DNA of 25,588 bases from a virus. Its lineage: Duplodnaviria > Caudoviricetes. The notes under the pieces are model-generated. The model was not told the DNA's origin. It worked only from the letters and a program-made list of their open reading frames with translations, and did not search any database. Positions within the stretch are counted from its first letter, which is position 1; each line of letters starts with the position of its first letter. The stretch covers positions 1 through 25,588 of the IMG/VR virus record IMGVR_UViG_3300048575_000462. One strand, written 5' to 3'. This document shows, piece by piece, positions 7,609-16,928 of this stretch. A program made the translations under genes and the position numbers.

Positions 7609-10600
7609 CTAGAAATTGCTCGACGGACCACGCCGACGGAAGTTGTCATCCCGGATGCGGTCCATCCGGCGAACCAACTGGCGCAACTCCGCGTCGGTGC
7701 CAGTGAACCCCTGGGGAAGCTGGATGTAGGTATCACCGTAGCTCACCACGGTTCCGCCGCCTGGTGACAGTCGGCCAGCCAGGACATCGGCGGCAATCTG
7801 TGCCGGCGGACCTGGTGGGGCTACAAATTCCCCCCTGGTAAGCCTGGCCGGCACCTTGTCGACGCCGCTCGGTCCATCGACCCATCCGCCGGTAGCGAAA
7901 AGCCGGATGCCGTGAGACGCCGCATAGGCGGCCCCTTCTGCGGTGAAGCTTCCCGCTTGCCCCGCCGGAGCTGATCCGGCCCCAAGCGCGCCCCCTCCCC
8001 CCGATGAACCGCCACCGCCAGACGACCCATTTCCGCTGATGCCGGAGGATGCGGACTGTCGGGCCCTGGCGGCAGCCAGAAGCTTGTCAAGTTGCCCATC
8101 AAGCTCCTTGTTGAGTTTGACCTGTGCGGTGATCTGCTCATCGATCTGCCGCATGGCCTCGGTGTGTGCCCGACGCCGCTCCTCCAGTTCGTTGGCGATG
8201 CGGGCCAAGCTGTTGTCATAGTTCTCCTTGGCCTTCTTTTCTTCCTTGTCGAGGTCCGCCATTGCCTCCTTGTGGGCATCCTGGCGGGCTTTGGCGGCCT
8301 TGTCGATCGTGTCGATTTGGCTCTGAAGGTCGGAACGCTCCTTGGCGCCCTTCTCCTCCAGCTCCTTGATACGGTTCGTCTTCTCCTCTTCGACGGAGAG
8401 CTGTTTCTCTTCGACCCCTTCGGCCCGGATCGCTTTGATTGCATCGCCTTCGTCCTTGAGGGACTTTGCGATCTGCTCCCGGAGCTTGCCGATGCGTTCG
8501 GCGTCGGCCGCCTCCTCGTCGTTGAAGCGCTTGATCAGACCCTGGCGTTGCTGCCGCCGCTTCTCTTCGGCATCGGCATAGTCGTCCTTGACCTTGGCGA
8601 TGTCGAGCTGTGCATTGCGCTCAATGGAGACACGCTTTCCGGCATCGTCTGTCGCACCAAGGTCCCAGTTTTCCAGCTCCTTGGCCTTGTCCTTCAGCAG
8701 ACCATCCAGCTCGTCGCTGATGTTCGCGTTGAGCTTGCCGAGTGACTTGCCGAGCCTGGCGCCCAAGGCCTCGTATTGCCTATCCAGGTCGGCCTTTTCC
8801 TCCGGCGTGATGGATAGCGGATCGAGTGCCCCCCGCTTCAGTCGTTCGGTGACCTGGGCAAGCTGTGCCTCATCGGCACCCCGCAGCATGTCCGCCTTGA
8901 TGGCGGCCGGCAGGCTGGCGGCATTGATCTTCTCCCGGGTCTTGTCGAAATTCTCGGCAATACTCTTGGCCGTAGCGTTCGTGGCGCTGTTGAAATCCTG
9001 GTTGAACAGGGTTAGTTGTCCCTGGAGGGCGGCCAGCCTGCCTTTTTGGTCATCAACGAACCCCTGAACGATGTCGGTTCGCTGGCCGTTGCTCTGGAGG
9101 GATTTTAGGCGTGCCTCCAGCCGCGCCAGTTCCTTCTCCGCTTCAATGATCTGGCCCTCGGTCGCCTTGGTTTGCTGGCGGGCAGTGACCGCCCGTGCCA
9201 ACTGCTGCGGATCGACACCGGATTCAAGTGCCTTAGCTTTGACGATTCCGGCCTTCTGGTCCTCATTGTGGATGGTGTCTTTTTCGAGCTCATCGGCGAC
9301 CTGAATGGCCTGCTTCTGCAGAGGCGTACCGCTGATGCTGTCAACGGTCTGTTTGAAATCCAGGATGGCCCGACGGGTAGCGTCAATTTTGCTGGCGTAC
9401 TCCATGACGGCCGCCACGCCCTTGCCAACCAGCGATACGGAGCCGGCGATGGCTCCAGCCCAGCCAGCCGGACCAGCAATGACGCCAGCGGCAATCCCAG
9501 CAGCGTCACCGACGAAGCCCAGTGCCTTGCCGAACTGGTCTGTTTGGTCTGAGGCCCTCGTGTCGCCAGCATTGCGCATGGCCGACGACACGTTGTTGAC
9601 GCCCTGCACCACCGATCCGACCACGCTCGACACAGCATTCAGGGCGTTCTGGAAGTCCTTGACGCCGCCTGTTTCGACGGCAAACCCCACCTGCACCTTG
9701 GCATTGGTCAGCGCCGCCTTGGCATCCGCCAGGCGCTTGGCCGCGTTGATCTGATCAACGGTGGAGGCGTGGTATCTGTCCGCCTCGGCCTGGGCGGCCG
9801 TCACGGCAAGCTGGAGGCTCTGGAGGGTCAGCCGTCCCTTTTCGGCGGCATAGTCCTGCTCGCTGATGATCCCCCGTTGCTTCTTGACCTCCAGGGCGGC
9901 CAACTCGGCATCAATCCCCCGTTGCGTGGCCTCCCGGTTCGCCTGCGCCGTAGCCTCGGTCAGCCGCAGTGCTTCGGCGGCATCCTTGCGGCCATCGGCA
10001 GCACGGCGGGCCTTGACCTGCTGAGCCTTGGTGTCGGCGCTGGCCTGGGCGTTCTCCCGCTCCTTGGTGTCCTGGCCGTACCGCTCGACCTGATCACCTA
10101 GGAACCGCTGCTCCAGGCCTTCCACGATACGGAGCTGCTGGTTGCGGAACTGGGCATAGTCGGCATAGCTGGCCTTGCCCTGGGTGACCTCGTCCTCTTT
10201 GGCGGCGATGGCGGCCTCAGCGGTGGCCCTGACTGACTGGATTTCATGCTGCCGGCGTGCGTCGTCGAGGGCCCGCAGATCCTTGTCCAGGCCGTAGGCG
10301 GCATCGGCCTGGGCCTGCTGGTTGGCATCGGCGGCCAGGGTAATCTTGCCGTCGACGTCGGCCCGTTCCTTGCTGCCGGGCTTGGTCTTGGCGCCGATCG
10401 CCGCCAGGTTCGCCAGTATGCGATCGGTCGTGGTCTGGCTCAGATCTTGCAGGCTGGTGTAGTACGTGGTGGCCGAAAGTTGGCCGTCCTTGTACTGGGT
10501 ATCGAGCGCCTTCTTCTGGCCGGCGGCCAGCTTCTCGGCCTCCTTGATTTCGTTCTCCCGGGCCTCTTTGAAGGCCTGGAACTCTTCGCGGGCAGCCTTG

Positions 10601-13260
10601 TCCGCAGCGGAATGACCGCCGCCGCTGTGACGGCCTGACGGGATGTCGTAGGAGGCACTGCCGGAATAGCTTGCGCCAGTCGGAGCAGTCGCCTTGATGT
10701 CTGCTGCCTTGGGCGCCGCCAGCAGCGCCTTTTGGGCCTGCTCGGCACCACTGAGGCGACCACGGGCCGATGCAAGCTGGGCGGCGATTTCGTTTTGGCG
10801 TGCGGCAGAACGCTGCTGAACGCCGGGCAGGATCGAGTTTTTCTCGACCTCCCGTTCCTCGAATAGCTGCCCGGACAGATCGGCCACATGCAGGCGTGCC
10901 GCCCCGACTTCAGCCTGAGCGGCGCTGATGGCGGAACGCCGAAGACGGTCATAAGCGGCGGTCTTCTGGTCGATGACGGTAATCGCCGCCGCATGCCCCT
11001 GGGCGACTTGGTCGATGCTTGCCCGCAGCCCGGGGTTTAGCTTGTTGAGTTGGTCTTGGATGTCGTGCAGCCGCTTCGTCTCGGCGACCGTGCGGTTTTT
11101 CTTCTGGGCGAGGGACTCCAGTTCCGTGGCCAGGGCCTTGGTTTGGCCAACGGCGGTTTCCTGCTTGATGGTCAGATCGGTCAAGGACAGCAGGCTATCG
11201 TGCTGTGCCTTGTCCAGGTTCGCCAGCGCTTCCTGTTCTTCAGCCTGGGCCGTCGTGACTGCCTCATACCCGACGACCAGCGCCGTAAGGGCAATCAAAG
11301 CGATGCCAATGGGCCCGGACACGGTGGCCGTGAGCGCCGCTCCAATCGTGCGGATGCCGGCGGCCATTGCCGGGGCCTCAGTCGACAGCACCACCATGGT
11401 GTCCCGGTAGAGCTTGATACCGCCCGCCGACACACCGGCCGCCACACCAACCGATGCGATGGCGCCACCGACGACGACGCTGCCGGCGACGAGCCCTTGC
11501 ATGACAGGGCCCGACTGGTTGAAGACGGTCAGCATCCCGGTCATGACCTTTGCGACCGTCACCAGACCGGGGGCGAACTGCTCGCCCAGCGCCAGCCGGG
11601 CACCATCGGCGGCGGACTTGAGCTGTGTCAGCGAGCCCTGCAGGCCGCTGTTCATGGTCTCCGCCATTTCCTTGGCGGCCCCGTCCGAGTCCCGCATCTT
11701 CTGGATCAGGGCGTCAAAGGCGGCCGGCGACTGCCGGACCGTGTTGACCAGGGCGCTGACGGCGGAAACACTCTCCAGGCCGAAGATGGATTCGAAAATC
11801 TTCGCCTGGCTGATTTGGTTGTATTTGGCCGTGGTGGTGGCCAGATCCTTGATGATGGCGTCGAATGACCGCATCCGGCCGCTGGCATCGGAAATCTTCA
11901 GGTCGATGTCCTTGATGACCTGGGCCGACTCCCGCGACGGGGCTTGCAACTTCAGGAGGGCGGACCGGATCGAGGTACCGGCCTGCTCGCCCTGGATCAT
12001 CGAATTACCGAGGTGGGCCAGGACGCCCGCCATGACTTCAAATTGCTGGTTGGATGCCGCTGCGACAGGGGCGATGTATTTGAAGGACTGCCCCATGCCG
12101 ACGACATCAGCGGCGCTCTGGTTGGCGGCCTGGGCCAATACGTCCGCGAAGTGGGAGGTTTGCCCCATCGCCTGACCGAAACCCCGGACGGTGCCGGCGG
12201 CAATCTCGGACGCCTGGCCCAACTGCACACCGGCAGCCGCGGCCAGGGCCACCGTGCCCGGCATGGCGTCCAGGCTTTGCTGTGCCGTCAGACCGGCCTT
12301 ACCCAGCTCGAAAAAGCCTTCGGCCGCCGCTTGGGCGCCACCCTTGACCAGTGGGGCAAACCGCTGGGCCGACGCCTTGATGCGGTTCAGTTCCTCGTCC
12401 GTGCTGCCGGCGACGGCCTTGACGCCCAGCAGCGTCTGCTGGAAGTCGGCAAAGGCACCGGCAGACGTGCCGATAATCCCTGCGGCAGCGGCGAGAGACA
12501 CCGTCGAAGCGACGGCCACACGGTTGATGGACTGTTCCCGCTTGGTCGCCTCCTGAGCGGCGATCTGCTCCCGCTTTTGCGCCTCCTCCTTCTCGATGGC
12601 GGTAAGCTGGGCCTCGTGGGCTGCAGCAAGCTTGGTCAGGGCCTCGATCTGCTTTTGCCGGCTGGCACCGCTGGTCCGGATGGCCAGTTCGGAATCGGCG
12701 GCCTCACGCTGCGCCACGGCAATTCGGTACTGGGCCCCCTGCATCGTGTACTGGTTGTACCGATCCTGGATGCCGGCGACGCCACGGGCGAAGGCTTGTT
12801 CCTGCTGTTGCTTCTCGGCTACCTCGCGCTGCTGGATGGCCTTGCGCTTGGCGGCGACGTCGTTGGCGTAGGCGACCTGCTTATCCGCCTCCTCCCGGGT
12901 GATAGCCGTAATGCGGGCCTCTGTGGCCGCCGCCAGCTTCTCCAGGGCCTTGATGGTCTCCTGGCGGGTGCCGTTGGATTCCAGAATGGCCCGCTCGGTC
13001 TCCTTGGCCTCCTTCTCAATCTGCTGGACACGGTAGGCCGAACCGCTCATCGTGGCCCGGTTCCAGTCGTCCTGAACCTTGGCCATGATGGCGGTGAGCC
13101 CTTGACCCATCGTGCGGGATGACCGCTCGACGGACGTCAGGCTCTTTTCGGTCTTCGCTACCGTGGCCTCGAAGTTCGCCACCGTCCCGGCCAAGCGCTG
13201 GAACGCCTGAATGGCCGGGTCAAGTGCGACCTCAAGGGGTAGCTGGATTCCGTTTTCCAT
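7609..13260 (-). CDS. Tail tape measure protein (1883 aa) with TP901-type core domain
   Basis: Very long, Ala/Gln/Glu-rich helical protein. TP901-type core (ELGKAG...ADVLAQAAN...EQAGTSIRS...IFGLES) and C-terminal FATGG.V.GP...D.VPARL..GEFV motif. Follows the tail chaperones. Confidence 0.95.
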   Translation of the reverse strand: MENGIQLPLEVALDPAIQAFQRLAGTVANFEATVAKTEKSLTSVERSSRTMGQGLTAIMAKVQDDWNRATMSGSAYRVQQIEKEAKETERAILESNGTRQETIKALEKLAAATEARITAITREEADKQVAYANDVAAKRKAIQQREVAEKQQQEQAFARGVAGIQDRYNQYTMQGAQYRIAVAQREAADSELAIRTSGASRQKQIEALTKLAAAHEAQLTAIEKEEAQKREQIAAQEATKREQSINRVAVASTVSLAAAAGIIGTSAGAFADFQQTLLGVKAVAGSTDEELNRIKASAQRFAPLVKGGAQAAAEGFFELGKAGLTAQQSLDAMPGTVALAAAAGVQLGQASEIAAGTVRGFGQAMGQTSHFADVLAQAANQSAADVVGMGQSFKYIAPVAAASNQQFEVMAGVLAHLGNSMIQGEQAGTSIRSALLKLQAPSRESAQVIKDIDLKISDASGRMRSFDAIIKDLATTTAKYNQISQAKIFESIFGLESVSAVSALVNTVRQSPAAFDALIQKMRDSDGAAKEMAETMNSGLQGSLTQLKSAADGARLALGEQFAPGLVTVAKVMTGMLTVFNQSGPVMQGLVAGSVVVGGAIASVGVAAGVSAGGIKLYRDTMVVLSTEAPAMAAGIRTIGAALTATVSGPIGIALIALTALVVGYEAVTTAQAEEQEALANLDKAQHDSLLSLTDLTIKQETAVGQTKALATELESLAQKKNRTVAETKRLHDIQDQLNKLNPGLRASIDQVAQGHAAAITVIDQKTAAYDRLRRSAISAAQAEVGAARLHVADLSGQLFEEREVEKNSILPGVQQRSAARQNEIAAQLASARGRLSGAEQAQKALLAAPKAADIKATAPTGASYSGSASYDIPSGRHSGGGHSAADKAAREEFQAFKEARENEIKEAEKLAAGQKKALDTQYKDGQLSATTYYTSLQDLSQTTTDRILANLAAIGAKTKPGSKERADVDGKITLAADANQQAQADAAYGLDKDLRALDDARRQHEIQSVRATAEAAIAAKEDEVTQGKASYADYAQFRNQQLRIVEGLEQRFLGDQVERYGQDTKERENAQASADTKAQQVKARRAADGRKDAAEALRLTEATAQANREATQRGIDAELAALEVKKQRGIISEQDYAAEKGRLTLQSLQLAVTAAQAEADRYHASTVDQINAAKRLADAKAALTNAKVQVGFAVETGGVKDFQNALNAVSSVVGSVVQGVNNVSSAMRNAGDTRASDQTDQFGKALGFVGDAAGIAAGVIAGPAGWAGAIAGSVSLVGKGVAAVMEYASKIDATRRAILDFKQTVDSISGTPLQKQAIQVADELEKDTIHNEDQKAGIVKAKALESGVDPQQLARAVTARQQTKATEGQIIEAEKELARLEARLKSLQSNGQRTDIVQGFVDDQKGRLAALQGQLTLFNQDFNSATNATAKSIAENFDKTREKINAASLPAAIKADMLRGADEAQLAQVTERLKRGALDPLSITPEEKADLDRQYEALGARLGKSLGKLNANISDELDGLLKDKAKELENWDLGATDDAGKRVSIERNAQLDIAKVKDDYADAEEKRRQQRQGLIKRFNDEEAADAERIGKLREQIAKSLKDEGDAIKAIRAEGVEEKQLSVEEEKTNRIKELEEKGAKERSDLQSQIDTIDKAAKARQDAHKEAMADLDKEEKKAKENYDNSLARIANELEERRRAHTEAMRQIDEQITAQVKLNKELDGQLDKLLAAARARQSASSGISGNGSSGGGGSSGGGGALGAGSAPAGQAGSFTAEGAAYAASHGIRLFATGGWVDGPSGVDKVPARLTRGEFVAPPGPPAQIAADVLAGRLSPGGGTVVSYGDTYIQLPQGFTGTDAELRQLVRRMDRIRDDNFRRRGPSSNF

Positions 13261-14059
13261 CAGTCAGTGTCTCTGTCCTTTTGCGGCTTGTAGCGCTTGG
13301 GCTCACTGGCGTTCCATGAGCTGGTGTTGTGGTGGGCGATGGTCTCCCAGAGGGAAAGCGCATCGCCAAAGGGCATGCGGGCGAGGCGTTCGACGGTGTA
13401 GGCACCTTTGGCGGCCAGAACGACAGGCCAGAACACTTGATCGGTCAACCACGCCTGGCTGCTCCAAAAGCTGCCATCTGGTGGGCGTTGGTCCCTTTCC
13501 CGGTCGTATCCGTAGATCAGGCGCTGACGCTGGCGCCAGGCGTATTCGGCGTATGTTCTCGTCCGGACCCGGCCCAGATACGGGTCAGATATTCCCCCGC
13601 CTGGCTGCTCCTTTCCGATTGGTAGATAGACGTCAGCAGCTCGGTCAGCTCATCGGGGTGAGCCGAGGCCACGGCCATCGCAGACAGGGCGCCCGTCATG
13701 CGGTCCGTGGTCTCGTCGTAGGTGGCGAACATGAGGCCTACGGCGCCGTAGAACAGCCGTTCCGCCTCCGACAGTTCGAAGTCGATCGGCCGAACGGCGC
13801 CGATGATCACCAGGGCGGCTTGCCGCAGCAATTCCGGGTAGTCCTTCAGCGGCATCCCCATGAGGGCCACCCCGAGGGGCTTCACGACCCTATCAGTACC
13901 GGTGATCTTTCCGTCGTCGTCCTTGACAGGCTCGTCCACCTCAACGGAGACGGCCTCCGAGAACTCCATGAGGGCTTTCCCCAGGCGGGGCAGCGCCAGG
14001 CCGCTGATACGCGGCACTTGGCGCTGCTTGCCCAGGAACGTGATGGTTTTCGGTTCCAT
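13260..14059 (-). CDS. Long tail assembly chaperone (gpGT-like) made by programmed -1 frameshift
   Basis: The -1 frame is open from 13649 to the stop at 13260 and includes the listed 62-aa ORF. Slippery G GGG GAA at 13598-13592 is in frame with the upstream chaperone. Confidence 0.75.
13517..14059 (-). CDS. Tail assembly chaperone (gpG-like, 180 aa)
   Basis: Lies between tail tube and tape measure genes. GGAG SD. Confidence 0.8.
   Translation of the reverse strand: MEPKTITFLGKQRQVPRISGLALPRLGKALMEFSEAVSVEVDEPVKDDDGKITGTDRVVKPLGVALMGMPLKDYPELLRQAALVIIGAVRPIDFELSEAERLFYGAVGLMFATYDETTDRMTGALSAMAVASAHPDELTELLTSIYQSERSSQAGEYLTRIWAGSGREHTPNTPGASVSA
13592..13598 (-). promoter_or_regulatory. Slippery sequence GGGGGAA
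   Basis: Zero-frame codons GCG GGG GAA. This heptamer is used at chaperone frameshift sites in other siphophages. Confidence 0.7.
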
Positions 14060-14070
14060 GGGCTACTCCG

Positions 14071-14847
14071 TTACGCTGCCAGGTAGTCGAGGTTCCATTC
14101 GTCATCGACCTCGAACGAGTAATCCATGGCGCCGTCCGCCCGGGTGTCGTCCGACAGGACGAGCAGCTCCAGGGCGAGCAGGGATTCGTTATCCCCGAAC
14201 TCGACCCCGGATTCGCCCTGGTTCGCCACCCGGCCGGCATAGATGGTGGCCTTCTGGCCGCCACGGTTCTTGCCCAGGATCAAGATGGCGGGCTGCAAGA
14301 CCTCCATGTCATCGGAGCCAACCTTGATCTTGAAGCCGTTCGTCGTGAGTTCCACGGCCGTGTTGGGCTGACCGAGGGCCAACTGGGCGTTGGTCGCGGT
14401 GACCTGCTGCAGCGACGTCCGGATGATGGTTTCCGTCTCGTCAGGCAAAGCGTCGATAGGCGACCGCTTCTGATCGGCCTTGCGCTTCTTCCAGGTCGTT
14501 TTGGTGCCGACCTTGGCGCCGTTCTTGGTGTAGCCGGCGCCGATCCCGCAGCGGGTGATGGCGACGCCGGTGCCGGGGGCCGTGGTCAAGGCCCGCTCCA
14601 GCTCGATGGTGGTTGCGGTGAGCGCCTTGATCCGCCGAGCCTCGGTGCCTGCGCCAACCTTGATGGCGTCACCGATACGGAAACCTGCGGTGATCGGGCT
14701 GGTGACCACGGTGAGCATGGTCGTAGTGCAAACCGTAACACCGTGGGTGTTGACGTTGATCGGCGTGGCGGTGAAGTCCTTGAACAGGATGTCGGCCCGG
14801 CCGTCGATGCGCTCTTCGTTCTGATACTTGGCGGTGGAAGGTGACAT
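14071..14847 (-). CDS. Major tail (tube) protein (258 aa)
   Basis: Start re-called at ATG 14847 (AAGGAGAG SD). 'G.ADI...GYTKNG...ADQ...PID...LQQVTATNAQLALG' tail-tube pattern. Position in the operon fits. Confidence 0.8.
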   Translation of the reverse strand: MSPSTAKYQNEERIDGRADILFKDFTATPINVNTHGVTVCTTTMLTVVTSPITAGFRIGDAIKVGAGTEARRIKALTATTIELERALTTAPGTGVAITRCGIGAGYTKNGAKVGTKTTWKKRKADQKRSPIDALPDETETIIRTSLQQVTATNAQLALGQPNTAVELTTNGFKIKVGSDDMEVLQPAILILGKNRGGQKATIYAGRVANQGESGVEFGDNESLLALELLVLSDDTRADGAMDYSFEVDDEWNLDYLAA

Positions 14848-14872
14848 GGGTCTCTCCTTTGCAAAGGGTTCG

Positions 14873-14901
14873 CAAAGGAAAGGCCCCGCCGGAGCGGGGC
14901 C
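14873..14901 (-). terminator. Terminator-like hairpin before the tail tube gene
   Basis: GGCCCCGC-TCCG-GCGGGGCC followed by TTTCCTTTG. Confidence 0.7.
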
Positions 14902-14908
14902 AGGGGTT

Positions 14909-15361
14909 TCAGTCGGCCGGGTAGTCGACCTGCAGGGTGATCGTCGCCCGGAACTGCCCGGGTCGCATGGCGGGGTCTTGTATCTGTTTCCACCCATCGC
15001 CATCCAAGCGTCTCAGGGTGGCGGTGCCGATCGCCGTCGATGGGTCGCCCGGGTTCGAGTAGAGCGGGACCAGTTCCGTCGCCCCTGGGCTGCTCAGGCC
15101 AATCGCCCGCAAGGCTGCTGCCAGCTCCTTTTCAAGGGTCATCTCGTTGCCGCTGCCACGGGAGCGATCGAGCTGCACGAGCCGGGTAAACGACTGGTCG
15201 GATTGGCCTTCCTGCTCGGCATCCCACCAGACCCGCCACTCCATGCCTGCGGCCTCGGTCTCGGCCTCGAAAACGATCTTGTCGCCGGTCGCCCCAGGCA
15301 ACGGCAGCTTGGTCGCCAGCCACACATTGACCGAGCCCCGGACCTGGGCCGCATCAGCCAT
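14909..15361 (-). CDS. Tail terminator/tail completion protein (150 aa)
   Basis: Size and position immediately before the tail tube gene. Start overlaps the previous gene. Confidence 0.55.
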   Translation of the reverse strand: MADAAQVRGSVNVWLATKLPLPGATGDKIVFEAETEAAGMEWRVWWDAEQEGQSDQSFTRLVQLDRSRGSGNEMTLEKELAAALRAIGLSSPGATELVPLYSNPGDPSTAIGTATLRRLDGDGWKQIQDPAMRPGQFRATITLQVDYPAD

Positions 15362-15824
15362 TCATCATTCCCCTCAGCTCGGCCTTGACGTTCTCTGCCA
15401 GCAATTGCCGGATCTTGGGCATCGTCCGACGAACAGTGAAGTTCGGCCGCATGCCCCTGATCCAGGCGAAGTACACGCCCTCATGCCCCATCCAGTTGAC
15501 CGGGCCCAGTGCCTTGGCGTGCTTGGGCTTGATGATCTGCTTGGGCGCCCCAGGGTATTCGGAGTAGATGCCGGTGCCGTATTCCAGGTAGACCGCCACC
15601 TCAGAGTCGTTCTCAATGAGGACGGTCAGGTCACTGGGCGTGGCGTACTTCGCCACCCGCCACCGGAGCCGGGTGTTACCGGTGTCCCCCGGCGTGGCCT
15701 GGGCCAGCAGTTCGACTGCGGCATCTGCCGTGTCGTTTAGGGCCCTGGCCACCGCTTCCCGCAGGCCGTCCCCGTTCAGCAGGGACTGGAGCTTGGGCGG
15801 TATCTTCGCCTGAAACCTAGCCAT
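15354..15824 (-). CDS. HK97 gp10-like neck/tail-completion protein (156 aa)
   Basis: Motifs TPGDTGN.R, YLEYGTG and GMRPNF. Confidence 0.8.
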   Translation of the reverse strand: MARFQAKIPPKLQSLLNGDGLREAVARALNDTADAAVELLAQATPGDTGNTRLRWRVAKYATPSDLTVLIENDSEVAVYLEYGTGIYSEYPGAPKQIIKPKHAKALGPVNWMGHEGVYFAWIRGMRPNFTVRRTMPKIRQLLAENVKAELRGMMNG

Positions 15825-16230
15825 TGCCGGACTTTTTCAGCCGGGCCAACACCCGCCACTTGGTCACCACACCAAAGGGTGCCTTGGTCGGGTCGATGCG
15901 CTTCGGTGCCAGCTCCTCCGATCCGTAGAGGATGACGGCTCCGGCCGTCCGTAGCTGGTCCTCAGTGACCAGGGCAGCCGGGAAGATGAACTCCCGATCG
16001 CCTGCCACATAGTCGCCAAGCAAGGCCTGGGCCTTCTCTACCGAGAGGTTGCGGACCTCGCAGACCTGGCCGAAGTCCACCAAGGTCGTCGGCACCGCCG
16101 CCGGCTTCTCCTGGTAGGCCGGTTCATAGTCCGGCACCACGTTGGCCCGGAGGGTCACCGGCTTATCCGACTTGGGCACCTTCTGGCGGACCTTCAGGGC
16201 GGCGGCCCGGAGCTTTTCGCCCTTACCCAC
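15817..16230 (-). CDS. Head closure/head-tail joining protein (137 aa)
   Basis: Position, size and overlapping start/stop coupling. Confidence 0.55.
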   Translation of the reverse strand: MGKGEKLRAAALKVRQKVPKSDKPVTLRANVVPDYEPAYQEKPAAVPTTLVDFGQVCEVRNLSVEKAQALLGDYVAGDREFIFPAALVTEDQLRTAGAVILYGSEELAPKRIDPTKAPFGVVTKWRVLARLKKSGNG

Positions 16231-16522
16231 GGGCCACCCCCGGTGTCATCGACCAACCCAGCATGGGGGCGAGCTGGCGACGGAGGTGGCGGCGGGTCCG
16301 TTCGGGGTTGGCGTCAAGGCCTTCAGCGCTCAGCTCGTCGGCGTCGGTGAACACCTCACCGTATGCCGTCAGGATGGTCCGCACCTCGGCGCCGATGCCC
16401 TCATAGACCCCGGCGTCGGTCTCGATGGCGGCGAAGACCTCATCCAGGGCCGTGGACGTCGCCGGGATGCCCAGCAGCGTCTTGGCCCTGACCTTTTCCT
16501 GGGGAGTGAACGTGAAGGCCAT
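16223..16522 (-). CDS. Head-tail adaptor candidate (99 aa)
   Basis: Helical protein starting 'EKVRAKTLLGI'. AGGAG SD. Located after the capsid genes. Confidence 0.5.
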   Translation of the reverse strand: MAFTFTPQEKVRAKTLLGIPATSTALDEVFAAIETDAGVYEGIGAEVRTILTAYGEVFTDADELSAEGLDANPERTRRHLRRQLAPMLGWSMTPGVARG

Positions 16523-16528
16523 GGCGGC

Positions 16529-16858
16529 TTACTCCTGGGGCTTTGCTGCGCCGGCCTTGGTCGACGGCTTCTTGGCTTCAGCCAGTTCGGCCTTCAGGCG
16601 CTCGTTTTCAGCGGCACGCTCAGCGGCAATGCCTTGCACCCGCTCCAGCTCGGCCGTGACCGCCGTCCAGTCGCCGGGGGTCGGACCCTCGCCCTTGTGG
16701 TTGGCGGCCGCGATCTCGCGCAAGTTCTCCTCCTCATCGCCGGAGAGCTGCCGGTACTCCTTCTCATCCCCGGCCAGGCGCTTGGCCAGGTCGGAGCCGG
16801 CATCGACTTCGAAGACCTTGCCGGTGACTTTGTTCAAAAACCAGATGGTCGGTTGCAT
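16529..16858 (-). CDS. Hypothetical protein after major capsid gene (109 aa)
   Basis: Start re-called at ATG 16858 (AGGAGG SD). Short beta domain, coiled coil and Lys/Ala tail. Confidence 0.65.
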   Translation of the reverse strand: MQPTIWFLNKVTGKVFEVDAGSDLAKRLAGDEKEYRQLSGDEEENLREIAAANHKGEGPTPGDWTAVTAELERVQGIAAERAAENERLKAELAEAKKPSTKAGAAKPQE

Positions 16859-16881
16859 TGGCGTTTCCTCCTGTTGCATGC

Positions 16882-16909
16882 AAAAGGGGCGCCCCCGTGA
16901 GGACGCCCC
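16882..16909 (-). terminator. Intrinsic terminator after the major capsid gene
   Basis: GC-rich stem GGGGCGTCC/GGGCGCCCC followed by TTTTG on the minus strand. Confidence 0.75.
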
Positions 16910-16928
16910 CAGCCTTGCCCTGTCCGGC

